Shown here: in pieces, positions 10,201 to 25,200 of the stretch
How positions within the stretch are numbered: the first letter of the stretch is position 1
Layout of the letters: each line of letters opens with the position of its first letter
Assembly: GCA_001655205.1 (NCBI GenBank)
Contig: LPNZ01007209.1
Span: 1 to 34,136 of the forward strand
Direction: 5' to 3'
DNA length: 34,136 nucleotides
From: Lenisia limosa
Taxonomy: Eukaryota > Protista > Breviatea
Program-made: the position numbers and the translations under genes
Notes under the pieces: generated by a model
What the model was told of the DNA's origin: nothing
Seen by the model: the letters and a program-made list of their open reading frames with translations, nothing else
Databases searched by the model: none

Positions 10201-13200
10201 AGCCAGACCACAGAGATCAGCATGACATGGTCTCGGGCCGGGGGCTGTGACCACCAAGTTATCGCGGCGGCTGAGGGGGCTGACACTGATGTTCCCCTCT
10301 CCTGGACATCTTCTGTGTTCACCCCAGATTCAGTCAGGTTTGTTATTGTTTTAATGTTGATTTTTCACTCACACATTTTTTTTTGGATCTGAGGGTTATC
10401 TTTTCACAATCACCCAGGTGAGCAAGCAAAATGTGGCTATAATTACAATGAATGGTATTCGCTTATAACTACTAGTATATATGATATAATACCTGCTTTT
10501 TGTTACAGCAGGACCTGACTACTATAGGGTTGCCTCTCTCCCCTATCAGACCCGTTTATACATTGGCGGTGTCCGGCTATGGGAAGGGAGCGTGTTTTCT
10601 CCTGCGGCTGTGCCCCAAGTGCGGTTCACAGATGTTTATGAAAACACAAATGGCCCGCTGATCTTGATGTTTGACCCCCAATTTAACGGTACTGTGGATC
10701 GAAAGGGCGGCCTATTTGACACACTTTCAACTTCTATTCTCATTTCCACACGGCTTGGTGACTCTTTCAGATCCTTCGATCGTCCCCGAGCCGTGCACAG
10801 TCTTACTTCTTGTTACCGCCAATAATACGGCCCCGGTAGCCAAGCCTCTGCGATATTGGCAACCCGAAGATTGCATAGTGGATATTGAACTGGAAGGTGC
10901 GGCATCTAATTAACATGTTACGTTAAACTCTTTGCTGCGCTTGCTTGGCTTGTGATGATCCGTTTTGCATCTCTTTTGTAGTAACACCCCCACCCCCACA
11001 GGTTATGATCTTGATACACGATTTGCAGAACTGCAGTTCCGGATATCTACAGCTCCAACTAATGGGGTTTTGATGGTATGAGTGGCCTCAACTAATGGGG
11101 GTTTGATTGTATGAGTGGCCTCAATTGACCCCTTTTACTTGGATGGGCATGATGCACTGTTGATTGTTATCGAGCTAAAAAGAGTTTAAACCCTTTTCTG
11201 TTTCTTTGATGGAATGCGGTGCTGAAGAAGCGACTGGGCTTTGTTTGTTTTGTTGTTAACCCGTGTGTTGTCAGNNNNNNNNNNNNNNNNNNNNNNNNNN
11301 NNNNNNNNNNNNNNNNNNNNNNNNNNNNNNNNNNNNNNNNNNNNNNNNNNNNNNNNNNNNNNNNNNNNNNNNNNNNNNNNNNNNNNNNNNNNNNNNNNNN
11401 NNNNNNNNNNNNNNNNNNNACAAACAGCCGGCTGGGAGTGCAATGATTTGGAGAACTGTCTTGGTGGGTGGCATGCCATATCCGTGGGATAAGTCTTTGC
11501 CTCTTTGTTAACACTGTGACTCCTTTTATTCCACTGGTTATTGAGGTTTTGCAACTGATAATGTGTTGTTAGTTCAAAAACATTGATTTTGAAACATGTT
11601 GTGTGTCGTGTATGAAAGTTTAAGAGATGGATTACTTTATTTCTCTGTTGAAACCTATCACTTCCTTTCTTATTCGACTATGATAGTGTAAGGATATTGA
11701 GATCGGTATATTGAAAGCCAGGATTGCAGTGTCAGGAGGACAACCATGTTGGACGATTGTGTATAGGGTTAAAACCCATAACACCTACCCTTAATGGAGC
11801 CCTATTGTGTATTGATTGAAGAAACATATGTATATAGAGCCTAGTTTAGGAGAATAACCTGGGATGAGGAGGGTGGGCTCAAAAATATTTCAAAAGAGGA
11901 ATTGTTATTTGTTGTATCTCAGATGAACTGAAATAGTCTCTTAACATATTTACGATATTACAATTGTGCGATTATTGTAATCTGTTGTTGCTATCATTGT
12001 TTACATCCCTCTTACCTGAAATAAAACTATCATTAAACACACTGCTGCATTTAAGACTATTTTCATTTGATTACACAGGAACCCGAGGCCCTTCTGTAAC
12101 CTATATCCCGGACCCTGACGTATTTGGCAGCCCCGCTGACTCCTTCTTGGTAAGTCTTCAGGGACAATTCGACGATTAAAGCTCATAGAGTTATGCTAAA
12201 TCCATTAGTATATGATATAATATATGATATGTACTACATATTTTATATCATTGGTACGTGTAAGTTGTATGATGTACCACTATGTGAGGTATGTCATGTG
12301 GCATAGACAGCCACACATGAGATGTACACTGACACGATTCAGTACGACATATTTGACGGGACAACTTGGTCCGAAGCCGAACTCGTAACCATCAAACTAA
12401 CATCGCGAAATGACGCTCCATCTGCTGCGGCGGCAAATTATACCATGAACGAGGTTGAGGAGCGTCACGAATATTAATAATCAAAGAGGCTTTTATTCAA
12501 TTCTTACCACCCAGGACATCACTCAAGAATTCACGCTCAATGTGTGGGACCTTGACTCGGCTGAAGTCATCGTCGAGGTTCTTTCTCTCCCCCTTGGCAC
12601 CCTACAAACCCGGGATGCCAGCGACCAGAACTGGATTTCCGTTGGCTCAGTGCCGTTCGCGTTGCCAAATGATCATAACAAGGTGGGGTGGAGATGCACC
12701 GAAGTGAAGCCTTGTGCCTTAAAGCAGGGTTGTAATTCAGAAAGTTGGAGAAAATTGAACGAAAATCCGAGCCAATTTCTTGAATTACCACCCTGCTTTA
12801 AGACCTGAACCCCTCCTTAGCTGCAATAAAATCTGACTCTTCACGTTTCAGATGCGCTTCCAACCGGTTCCGTTCCAATCGTCCGAACCACCTGGCTCAG
12901 TTTATACGTCCTTTCAATTCTCAGGTGAGCATTAGTGCTGATGATAGTTCAAGACCTCTAGGATCATCTCACCGCCTCCACAGCTTCGGATGGTTCAGCT
13001 TCAAGCCCTATCCAGACTATATCCTTTGTTGTGATCGGAGTGAACAACAGCCCTGTTCTGACTGGAGGAAGTCTGAGCATCCTTGAAGACACTGAAACAG
13101 TTTTCTGCTTCGGCCTGAGTGATGTGGATGATGACACTGCCAGCCTGAACCTGACTGTGTCACAGCTGCCAAACCACTGTGACGTTTGCAATGTTGCTAG

Positions 13201-16200
13201 TCCTGGTAGGCGACGGGCTTTTGGAGGACGTTTCTATGTCTGTTCAGCAAGTGGAGAACTGTTTTAGGGCTTTCTTTTTTCATTTCATTTCTTTGACTAT
13301 TTCACACCCCAGGTTCCAATACAACGTGTATTTCCGACATTTTGACATCACCACCTCTCCAAGTATATACCCCATGCTTCAAGTTTATACCCGAAGCTGA
13401 CTGGTTTGGCCCGGACGCGGCTCTGGAGCTGAGAGCCCGGGACCCCCAGGGTGCTGAGAGTTCCGTGAAGCAGTGTGTCATTGAAGTGCTGAGTGTCAAT
13501 GACGCACCGGACATACCGGCTATAGTATCCATTGTGGGGGGATATTAAGCCCCTGTGGAGAGGTTGCAAAGAATTTTATTTTATCTATTCACTGCCACTC
13601 TTATTATTTACTTTAAAGGGTTTAGAATATCTTCTCTTGTCTAACCTCTTAGAACGGAACCGAAGATAGCCTGGTCACAGTTATACTAACTGGTCGGTGG
13701 TAGGGAGTTTCTTTGATCTGACTATCTGCAGTGTATACCATTTGCATAAGATATTGCTATCATATCATATGGCCCATTTTAACATCGCCTCCTAGGAACG
13801 GATGTTGAAGGTGACGACATTATTTGGCGCATTCTGAGTCTTCCGAGCGGCACCCTCTACCAAAGTGCGTGGGTGTCCTTACAAACATTCCATTGAATCC
13901 TTAAACGAAAAACAATTCATAGATATCTTATTGATACTGTATCCTAGAGTCGTTTTCAATTTTACGGTTTAGTTGACGACACGGTTGTGAATTTCACTCC
14001 AGTGGATGTAATGTCCAGTGCTGGGCTTCTGAGTGGGCTACAAAGTGTTTCGAGATATCTATACTCATTAAGAACAAAGGAATCACGCATTGCCTTTGAT
14101 TTTAACAGTGTCGAATAGCATTGTTAGTTAGAAGTGACTTGAGTATTTCTTCCGCTGAATGATGCAGGCGCCTTACCCCTTCCCCTCCAGCCTTCCAACC
14201 CAAGCCAAACATCTACGGCTCTCATGTTGACGGCTTCCTGTTTAACGCTCGAGACAGCAAAGGAATGGTACGGTGTAATATTGGAAGGTCTAGAGACGTA
14301 AATGGCGGAGTGAGGAGTTCTTCGGTATCATAGCATTATCTCCCCCAGACCAGTGCCACCAGTCAGGTTCAGATCAGTCTCAGCCCAGTCTATGACGAAA
14401 TGGAGTTTCCCATCTGCTCTACACACATGCCTGAGGACTCTTCTATGATCTTCAACCTCTCAGACTGCCTTGTTTGGAACGACCGTGACCCCAATACCAC
14501 TCTTAGGTGAGATAATGGCGAAACTTTCGTTTAATCACTCATCGAAAGGGCAATTCTATGCTCTCTTTGTAGTTGAAAAGGCCCTTCTCACACATCGAAT
14601 CCTGTCTTTTTGCATTGTTTCTGATCCTTTATATCAACATGTCTACTCAAAAATACAAAACACACATAACAAGCTAACAACCTCAGACCTTTTTTGACCA
14701 GGGTTTCATCAGTCGTCGCCTTGTAGAACTAACAACCCAGTTTCATCAGTCGTCGTCTTGTAGAAGAAGCGTTCTTTGTGGTTAATGCAACTGAGAAAGG
14801 CAATTCCATTGTCAAAGGAGATGAGGTCAGTATTTTCTTTAACACATTTACCGGTCCCCACAGCTCTACTACCCGGACGATCCACTGGTGTTTATAGAGC
14901 CTTTGCCTGGGGAATCGTCCTCCTCTTTTCCGACTGTTTCAATGCTGTTTACTGTAGGCTGCGAGTCTAGCGTCAGCACAAAGATTATATTCCATTTGAA
15001 GCTTCATCAGCTCCAGTTTATTTATCTTGCCCAGATCAAGGTGGATGGTCTGACGTTTGTTGAAGCCCTCCAAGTGAACATATTCGTGGACGTCATCAAT
15101 GATCCGCCGACGCTCAACATGATACCGCTGACACCGTTTTGTGAGGACTGCACCATCACGTTTTCCCTTGACGGTGGGCCTAGGCGGTTGTAACTATTCG
15201 GACTTTGGACTTTGCTTTTTCCGTCTGAAGAGGATCAATTTTCGCTTATTTGGAGGTTCTGTTGATTCACATTCCCCATTCCCCCAGCGCTGGATGACGA
15301 TGAGATTGATAGTCACTACTTCACGATTTCCTCAGCCCCCGCTGACAGTGAGTTTTCGGTCATTAAAAATGGCGACACTTACGCGTACGCCACGATTGGC
15401 GCAATGTCAGCCCAGGCCCTCCCCGTGACCTTGCAAATGATCCCCGCGCTGGACGTCTTTGGATACATTGGGAACTTGGAGGTGAGGACTTATGGGAGAA
15501 ATGTTCAGTATCAAACCAAACTGTTAGGATATTAAACATCTAAAAATGTTAGGTATTTGTTACGGATTCCGCAGGGGTGGACTCTCCTGTTGTCGTAGTA
15601 TGGGGGTTTGGGTTTCTGCAGAAAAAGAGTGAAGGGTGTCCAACACCTGTATGTTTTTGGCGTCCACCTTTCAATGACCCCGTACCCTAGATGCCAATGA
15701 CCCTGGCAAATGTGCATGATAACCCTGAGGGTATTAAGACCACCACCGACGTCGAATATCAAACAGACGTTGTTGTAACATTATCGGCCTTGAACCCTGA
15801 TGTCAACGTTCTAACTGGTTCGCTTTGTAGTATTGAAAGGAATGTTTCATATTTCGGTTGATCCTTTCTTACCATTTAGCAACTATTCACGCATTACCGA
15901 AATTTGGTACTATTTATCAGCACCCCGGGAGAGAGGTAATGCGATGAGTATCATTCACTAATCTATATTTCTCAATTTTATTAAATTTACGATTTAGTTA
16001 ATCAACGACACTTTGGTGGATGTTACAAACGGTGACCTGCAGATCATATACCACTGCCCGTTGCAGCTTAACGTCAATATCACAGACAAAATCATGTTTA
16101 AGGTAGGCAGAGTTCAATGCAAGATTGCCTGGATGGAGATCTGTTTTCTGATTAGTTGAAGTGAGCTCTACCATTTGATACTGCATTAATACAGGAACAC

Positions 16201-19200
16201 AAAGATGATGAAGGGATGTGGAATTGATTGGTCCAGGTTTTGTGTGTATTTTGCCAATAGAGTTTCTTTTCGTTTTGTAGTTCCACCCCCCCCCCCCCNN
16301 NNNNNNNNNNNNNNNNNNNNNNNNNNNNNNNNNNNNNNNNNNNNNNNNNNNNNNNNNNNNNNNNNNNNNNNNNNNNNNNNNNNNNNNNNNNNNCGAGTCC
16401 CAATGCAACCATCACCAAGGTTTCGAGCTACTTATTAGGACTTTCTGTTGTCATGGTGCATGTTCGCGTTTCAAAAACGTGATTCTATGGTTGCGTTCCT
16501 GACCTCGTAGTTGGATGTGTCCACTCAGGAAGACGAGGTGGTTTCTGTTGACCTCAACGCCCTTATCACGGCGCCGTATGCGGTTTTGTGAATGCCTTGT
16601 GTAATTCACTCCCCACCCTCGTTGGACAGCAGAATTGTCTTAGTGCCTCAGTTCATGATACTAGCCAGATGTGATTATTTAGGGAGGCAAGACGCGGGGA
16701 AAGAGGCGAAAGGGAGTCGATAAGCTATGATATTACGGTTGCCTCCCTTCCCGATAAGGTAAGTCTCCGGTTGATTTCCCTTCTTTTTGCGTGGAAACTG
16801 TCACAATTCCCAGGGAACAGTGACCTACCTTTCGACCGAGTTGGTTGTCGGCGATTCTCTTCCCGACATCTACGCCGCTCTTATCTACGAACCGCCGCTC
16901 AATGAGGTTTGCTCCTCCTGCCTACTGATTGTGTTAAATTCCCAATGCGGATCATTTTTTTTTCATACCTTGGAAAAGTTGCTTCATGGCGAAATAGCAG
17001 AACCAAATCGAAAAATGATTGGGGCTTTTGTTTGTTGCAAGTATTGGCAAATCGTTTTTAATTCATTTAATCAGCACTAATTGGATATTTAGGTCGAACC
17101 CTTCTTCGCAGAAGTGATTTTGGAGGTCATTGACAATGTTACTCTCACAATGGAGCATTTTGAGGTGCGGCGCTGGTTGTGGATGTTGACTGGAACCTTC
17201 CAGCAAAATCTTATTGTGAACAAATTTTTGCACACCTCACCACCCAGATTCGCATATTCGTGTCGCCAATCCTGACCCTTCCCATCCCCAATGAAGACGT
17301 GGTTTATCAAGGCTTAGAGAATGGTGCCATTTTCCTTGATCTCAATAAGAACATGTCGAATCCAGATAACATTGAGGACTTCTTCTGTCTTGCTGTGGTG
17401 AGGGGCAGTTCACAATGTTGGGGTCTTCTGTTCGCCTCCACACATCCCAAATAACACCGTCAGTCCTTCAAAAATGGCCAGCTGCACTACGTGACCAGCG
17501 ATAACAAAGTCGGATCGGTTGTGCGTGATTCGGACCGTCGGCTTCTTGATTGCCGAGCCGCCTTTGTCCCAACTACCGACCTCTCTGGCGACTTGATTGA
17601 GATTCTGCAGTGGAAAACGAAGTCCTCCTCGGACGCTGTTATTGGCAGTTACAGCATTGTTCGTGGGCTTTTTCAGTAATGAATGTCGATATTTGTCTGT
17701 CTCTATAACATTACGTGTACATATTTGGTGTCATCGAGGGTATAGACTACAGGGATAGAAAGATGAAATAAAAGCCAATCAAAGCTATCTTGGTTATGGT
17801 TCTGTTGTCTGTGATTATTATAGATAATACACTTTTTCTTTCTGGTTTATTCCTGATAGGTGACTCTCTACGCGAATATTACCAACATCCCATCAAGGCC
17901 GTACTACGCTTCCAAGAAAATCTCTGTCAACTATAAGACACCAAAGGTAGTGTTGCACCTGCAGTTGGGTTCTTTCGGAACGCCACATATTATATCATAT
18001 GAGTGGTGGCAGTTTATGATAAGATAGAATATTTTACTTTTATTTGGTGATATCTAATGCTGTTTAACGTCATGATCCCAACTTAACCCCCCCACCTCTC
18101 AGACGGATTCATGGCCAACTAATGATCCTGATAATGACGCGGTTTTGGCTGTTTTCAATGCCAGTAGTGTTGCTAGAGTACCGATTTTCATTGAGCATTT
18201 CAATGCAACTTCCAATGCGACAGTGTACGAAAAACTCCACAAAGGTTCCAACTTTACTCTCCCAGCGACATTTATGGTACGGCCGGGTGTTTTTTTTTTA
18301 ATATCTATATAAGTATTTTATTTTTGGACATTGTTGGGGACAGAAAGATTGTTTTCCAGGAAATGAAAATATTTGATGAACGTTGGCTCTAGTTTCTGAT
18401 GATGGGAATCACTTCAGTTGCACCGATTCACTAACGCTTCCAGATCAACGCCACTCAATCATTGGAGCAGGAAAAATGTAATAATTTTCCGTTCACTTAT
18501 TACGATGCGACGAATATGAGCTCAAGGTGTGTTGGTCAAGAGCTGTGTTGGAATTTGGCATGGCATAGATTGATTCTTTTTGGTGGCTTTATTGTTCTTG
18601 TTGTTTTCTTTTGCATCAATAATCTTATCAACTTACGGAATCAGTGGACATCTTCGCGTCTGCCATCAAGGCACAAATCAGAAGCCAGTAATGGATCCCC
18701 TGTTTATTACAGCTTTGGAGGACAAGATGACGACCATTGACCTGTCCACCACAGCCTTTGACGATGGCGAAGTCAAGGGGTTCAGCATTGTGTCGTTGCC
18801 TAATAATGGAACGTAAGGGGCTGGTATTGGTTCATCTCAAAGAGATTTTTTTTCTCTGTAGCAACAGTTGATAGTTGATATCATATTGTTTACTATCAGC
18901 AACCCCCCTCATTTTCGGTTCTAGGCTATACGAAGTTGTTGGAGGGTTAGGCCAACTCTCCCTTCCCATCGCGACCGTTCCGAAAGAGATCGGCAGTATG
19001 CTTGGGGTTACATCCCTGGGTGGATATTATACATTTCAACAATTGCCATTCACCCGCCAGACCAGGTATACGTGGCTTATCTCGGCCCAGCGGACCAATC
19101 CGGCCTGAACTTCACGACGTTCGATGTGCAGCCGCAAGACAACCTGGGGGTTTTCGGGGCGGACCAGACCGTGTACGTCAGTATCGACGCGGTCAATGAC

Positions 19201-22200
19201 GTACCCACACCGGTTAATTTTGAGGTAGGCCACCTAGGGTCAGGCTGGCTTTATCATGAGTTAAAATTTAGATTTTTGGTCAATATCAAATTTTGAGTAC
19301 CGTTTTGAATGGGTATCAACTACTCTGCAAGGATTTTTGCCATCATATTGACCTCTCCCAAGGTGCACTGTATAGAGGACACCCCATGCAACATTGTTCA
19401 TCAGGCCTCCGACACAGACAACGATCAAAGTGATCTATGGATCAAAATCCAACTGTATGATTGCGCTGTCCGATAATGCCACTAGATAAAAACACAGTAT
19501 AACCTTTCATTAAATGACCTCATCAGCTTACCCTCCTACGGCTCACTGAGCGTAACGTCCGGCAATGTTACGACCGCTGCTGTTGTCGGTTCGTCGTATC
19601 CGTTGAAGTGAGGCGGGGTGCTTCAAAAACTGTAGATGGATTATCAAAGGTCCATTACGTGAGAATCAATATATAATAGTTTGCTGTGTTCACCCTTCGT
19701 AGTAGTACGATGGTCTACCTTCCTAATGCGGATCTCAACTCCCCACACGGTGATGGGATGGATGCGCTGAAGTTTGACCAGTGGCTTTTCACTGCCCGCG
19801 ACTCTGAGTTTGGTCCGACCAAGGCGTCTGGCAAGGTCATAAGGGTGGATGTTTGAATTTGGATATAATGTTCTACCTTTATAATTTACAATTGCAGAGC
19901 GCAATATAGCTCTTCGAGATTGAGTCTGTTTACATTTTCATTCCATTTACCTATTATATCACCTCAACAGGCGACAGTCAAGGCAGTAGCGGCTGTGAAC
20001 GATGCCCCAGTAACATGGGACCAGTCATTCAACATCAATGAGGACTCCAAGGGCACTATAGCTTTTTCTGGGTCGGACCAGGACGGCGATATTCTCAGTG
20101 CTGTTATCTGGACCCTTCCTTCAGTTGGCAGCTTGTACTATTTCGAAAATGCCACAGCACTGATCAGCTCTGTTCCTGCGTATTTACCAGGACTGAAGGT
20201 TGGTGGAAGGGTGCAATCACAATAAATCCTGATATCTTCAATGTCTTTTTAAAATAGATTTGATGGTGTTCATCTTTTTCTCATCTAATAAACAAGTTTC
20301 ATACCATACACCATATAATATAGTATGTACTTGTTTGTGTACTGATATCATATGATATTGTGTTTGTGTTAAGTGTGATTCTCTTTGCCTGGATCACTAA
20401 CCTGTTGACACTCTCTAGGTAAAGTTCCAAGGCCTTCCCGATGACTTTGCTGACAATTACGCCATATTTGAGTTCAGTGTTATTGATGGTCCGGCGTCAA
20501 GCGAGATGGTGGGATGTCTTTCACTTATCACTTCGAAAATGGTTACACTCCTTTAAGAAGCACTTTTGTCACAACACAACATTTCTTCAGCCACCACAAA
20601 TAGCCATATTCTTAGTAACTGCTCTTTTGTTGCTCTTTCTTTGAAAAGGAATGGCATGACTCACTTTAAAGGCAAACGCGACCGTTAATGTCAAGTCCAA
20701 AAATGACATCCCTGTTGCCACCTCCACCCGTTATCGGGTTGTTGAAGATACCCTTGTGGGTCTTGCTTGACTTGTTGTTTTCCCGTTTCTTCTCTTGTCA
20801 TCGTATGAATTGATACGCTTGAACTTCCACACTATCTTTAGGCAGTGTTTCAAATCAACGCCACCCTCACTCTCTTTAGGCAGTGTTTCAAATCAACGCC
20901 ACCGATATTGAATCACCCCAAGAGGACCTGTTTTTGCGGATCACCCACATACCTCTCATGGGTACTCTCTATCACTATGAGGTAGGGTGATTTGGGTTGG
21001 ATTTTTTTTGCAAATTGATGGAGTTTCTCTGTCAACCATAATTTTGGCAGCGAAATGGAGCCGCTCCAGTTCACCCCATTAATATATAAATCATATCATA
21101 GTATATCGATATGAGATACTATAGCAATTTTAACACCAGTGGTTATTATTCACTCACTCCCCTCACACATTCAGCCGATCAATGGGGCTCTTGGCCTGGA
21201 AATCACAGCTGCCATGACCACTACTGCAAATCTCTGGGTATGTCTTAGGATATCGATATAATATTTTCATTTATCATACATATATGATTGACTTATGATA
21301 TATATAATATACATATCATATCATATGTACATACATGTATACATCTCATATATTTTATACAATGTGAGGATTGAGACAGCAGACCTCATTGAGAACTTCT
21401 TTCAACTCTTGGAATTACACTTTAATTCCCAATTATCAGAGTACCTGGGAAGCATCTAAAATCCTGTCTCTGGTTGTTCCATTTCTTTATGATAACTTAC
21501 TGCTTTTTTCACGGCTGACAGGTCGCATACATGCCATTCGCTAATTTGTACGGTGATAACATGGACCTTTTGAAGTACCAAGTTTCTGATGGAGAGGACT
21601 ACTCCGCAACTGTGAGGGGTACTTGATTTGAACATGAAGGCAAGAAAGTTGCTATGAAGCCTGTTGAGTTTAGAATTCTGAGATTCTTGTCTAAGTTGCT
21701 TGCTCAAGACAAGAGATCGTAACCAGGCTTGCTCTAATCAACGCATTTAGATGACCCTTTGGATTGACTGCACCGCTGTAAATGACCCGCCCACGTCCAT
21801 GGACGACCGAATTCGTTACATTGTAGGAGGCGGCATTTGAGTGTGTGTCTAGGTGGCGTACATATGCTTACTAATTCGAACGTATGCTGGGGAGGCACGC
21901 AGAAAGCTGTGTGCTCAGAGTTGTAAGGCTGGGTGAATTAATACTATTCTTTAATCCAATATCTCTTATAAGCGTAATGTGGACAGCTTCGGCCAGATGC
22001 AATCTTATTTTTTATTTCTCATTGCTATTACGTATCAATCGAACGTGTAGCAACTTTTACGATATCAGGAAGACAAAGATGTGATGATCCAACCGCTGGC
22101 CTTTGATGAGAACCCTGGTTTGCTCACAATTGAGCTTCTAAGTATTCCCGAGAGAGGTGTTCTCTATGAGGTGAGTGGTTACAGATGAAAAATACTGCAT

Positions 22201-25200
22201 TTCGAATATTCACATTATTTTAAAGAAGTTTAGAACGGCTTTTACACAAACACCTTTGTAGTTTTCCTTTTTGAAGAAAGCCTGTTCATACCCCCCCCCC
22301 CAATTACAGGTGGACAGTGACCTTGTCAACGTCAAAAACATCACTACAGTACCACATAACGTAACAACCCACCTTGGACTTTTGCGATACTCTCCTGAAG
22401 CCCATCAGCACGGTGTTGTTGGCAGCTTCCAGTTCCGGTTCGTGAGGATTTCCTTTTTTCGGACATTCACATGTAGTAAATATATTATAATAGCTACCTA
22501 ATTTAAGGACAGTATTTGAATCCACTGCTTTTCTCATGTGTGTTTTTTGCAATCGTTTATCAGAACAACCTCTGCTTTTAGCATTACTTTTCCCACTCGA
22601 CAGGGTGTACGACGATGAGTTTTTGGATACCACCAATTCAACGTTCACTGTGGGTGACGGATCTGATTTGTAACATTCTGACATTTATTAGTTAAAGAAG
22701 TTGGCTATTTATAACTTAATTATGGGTATCATTGTGTTTTTAGAGCACTGAGCTTACCCTTTTCTCATCTAATACAACTTCAGATTGTTTTGAGGAGTAG
22801 GAATGACCAGCCATCCGCCTTCGATGCTGTTGTTACCACTTTTGAAGATACTGAAATTTCGGTTTGTGTCCGGTCTTGTTTTGTCCTTTTAAGTTTTCTT
22901 TTCGATGGAATGTTGTCGTATCATGGCATTATCAAGAAGACATGTGTGTTTCGTCCTTGAAGACTTTTACCCTGCAGTTCCATCTCAATGGTACCGATCC
23001 TGATGAGCTGACGGATGATGACTTTGTTGCTTTGAGGGTTCTTGTGGTTACACCGCCAACTTCGGGCAAGCTTTATGTTGGGGGGACATCATATTTACAA
23101 AACCTGAGAAACTGCTTACTTCAAACTCCTTAATTCAACATCTTTCATGATATTAGAGCGCCTCGGTGGGCGTACAGGTGACCACCCCTGACGTCCTCCT
23201 TCCGGACGACTTCCTCAAATGGGTACCGGATCCCAACGACTATGGCCCTTCAGCTGCCACGTTCACTTATAAGGTCTATGACGGCAAAGCGTACAGCGTT
23301 CTCCATGTCGTTACCTTGGACGTTTTACCCGTTAACGACGCGGCTGTTTTGGACTTCCCTACATCGGTTGACGCTCTTGAAGATGTCCCTGTTGCCATTT
23401 TTAACTCTTCCTCGCTTTCATTCATTGTGGATCATGATGATGAAGGTAACAATCTTCAGATGGACATTTCTGTCTCCTCTGGAGTATTAAATGCTCCTCC
23501 ATCCGCCCTTGTTATCTCGGGTACCGGCACTTCGATTCTCAATGTGACTGGAACTGCAGCCGACACGAGCGTCTGGCTAAAATCATTGACCTATGTCGCG
23601 GAGCCTGATTTCAACGGACCAATAGGAATGGACATCACTATCACCGATTCTTTCACCGGGCCAAATACAAAAATTATCCGGGTCCATGTGAGGGGCATGT
23701 ATTTATTATTATTCAGAAAGTGTCATATTTTCACTTATTTGTATATTTATTTCCCTGTGTTTGCTGCTTGTTGAAGCAAAGTGAACACTTACCTCCCCAG
23801 GTAACAATAAACGTCATCGCCGTCAACGACGCTCCTCTCATCTCCGGACCCGCGTCATACAGCCTAGTGGAGGACACGGAGAAGAAAGTGCCAGCAGGAG
23901 GATGGACAGTTACGGATGTTGATGCCGGGTCTGGTTTGGTCAAAACCTGTGTTCAGTCTGACAACGCAAAAATAAAGGTTGGGGAGTGGTAATGCACAGC
24001 ATGCACGATTCATATTGCCCCAATCAGGGTTAAACTTGGTGGATTTTTTTTTTCATTTACTTCCCGCGTTGACGATTCAGCTGTTGTCATCAGGCCTACC
24101 ATCTTCATTTACAAACCCTACGGGAAGCAACACTCAATATTTCTGCTTCAAATCCACGTTAGGGATGTCTGATCTTTGATATTTGAAACAGGAAAATAGC
24201 AATTGAGCACTATTTGTGTACTATGTGCTGCTGTTGAACCCTTCTGAACCACTGTGTACAACTTGATTTACAAAACCACTTGGACATTTACTTTTCAGGA
24301 TTTTGGATGTGGCTACCTTCCTCAACTCTAGAAAGCTTAAACTGAAGGGGGATGCACATTTCAGCGGACAACTAGTTGTGCAATATTCTGTTTCTGACGA
24401 GGGGAATACGGGAGGACCCGCATTATCAGGTTACTACGTAAGTCACATGAGATTTGTGTGTTTATACGTGCTGTTATATCTTCAACGAAATCACAATGTA
24501 CACTGCAATCACCTTGCAGAATATGACAAATACGGTGGACCCTGTGATTGACGGACCAACCGTCTCGGTAGGAGACAAGTATACTAGAAATGTCTCCCAC
24601 TTTGCTCAGATATTTTTATCTTTTAGTTTTTGGATGTGACGGGAAGCGAGGACTCTGTTACCCCCCTTCACCTTGCTGTGTCCCTCATTGATCCTTCAGA
24701 AGAGCTTCTCCCAATTCTGGTAGGCGGAATGTGGCCTGGGATGGTGAAGGAAATAGTCAAATTGAAAGCACAAAGGCCATTGTGCCTCTAGCACAGCCTT
24801 GGTGGGACTAAACCTGCTTCCTTGAATAATAACACGGTGTTGTCCGGGATAGTCCTGTGCTTTCTGGGCTTTGGTCGCTCATTCATTACAGTGCATCCAT
24901 CCTCACATTTTCAGATATCAGGCTTTGAGACCGGATCGGTTGTAGAGAATGCTACCCAAGTCAATGCTACCACCTGGACTGTGAGGGGACTCGAATACCA
25001 ATTTGAAATTGAACTTGCAAAAACTGTCTTAATACGTCTTCTTTCACCTTATCTTTTCTCCAACAATACGCCTTTACGATATAGACACTGAACTCCTCCC
25101 TGGCTTTGACGCCACCACTTCATTGGTCCGGTGTTATGAACCTGGTCGTTGACGTCACGACAAAAGAAACAGACAACACCATTCTCACCGTAACTAAATT

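Larger units (their letters stand above)
10415..24600 (+). repeat. Protein-level tandem repeats (about 15-20) of bacterial Ig-like/cadherin-like 'tandem-95/Big_9'-type, encoded by many small exons
   Basis: Repeated linker motifs ANNTAP, RNDAP, VNNSP, VNDAP (x3), INDPP, TNQKP, VNDVP, KNDIP, VNDPP, RNDQP, VNDAA, each followed by ED(T/S), a D-x-D(G)D motif and LP..G.L. Family assignment is by motif recognition only. Confidence 0.7.

Noticed and set aside
9663-10322. Long minus-strand ORFs (9663-10322, 8478-8924, 26420-26968, 29894-30388 and others)
   Set aside because: Antisense shadows of the large plus-strand exons with no recognisable motifs; most begin at non-ATG bacterial-style starts.
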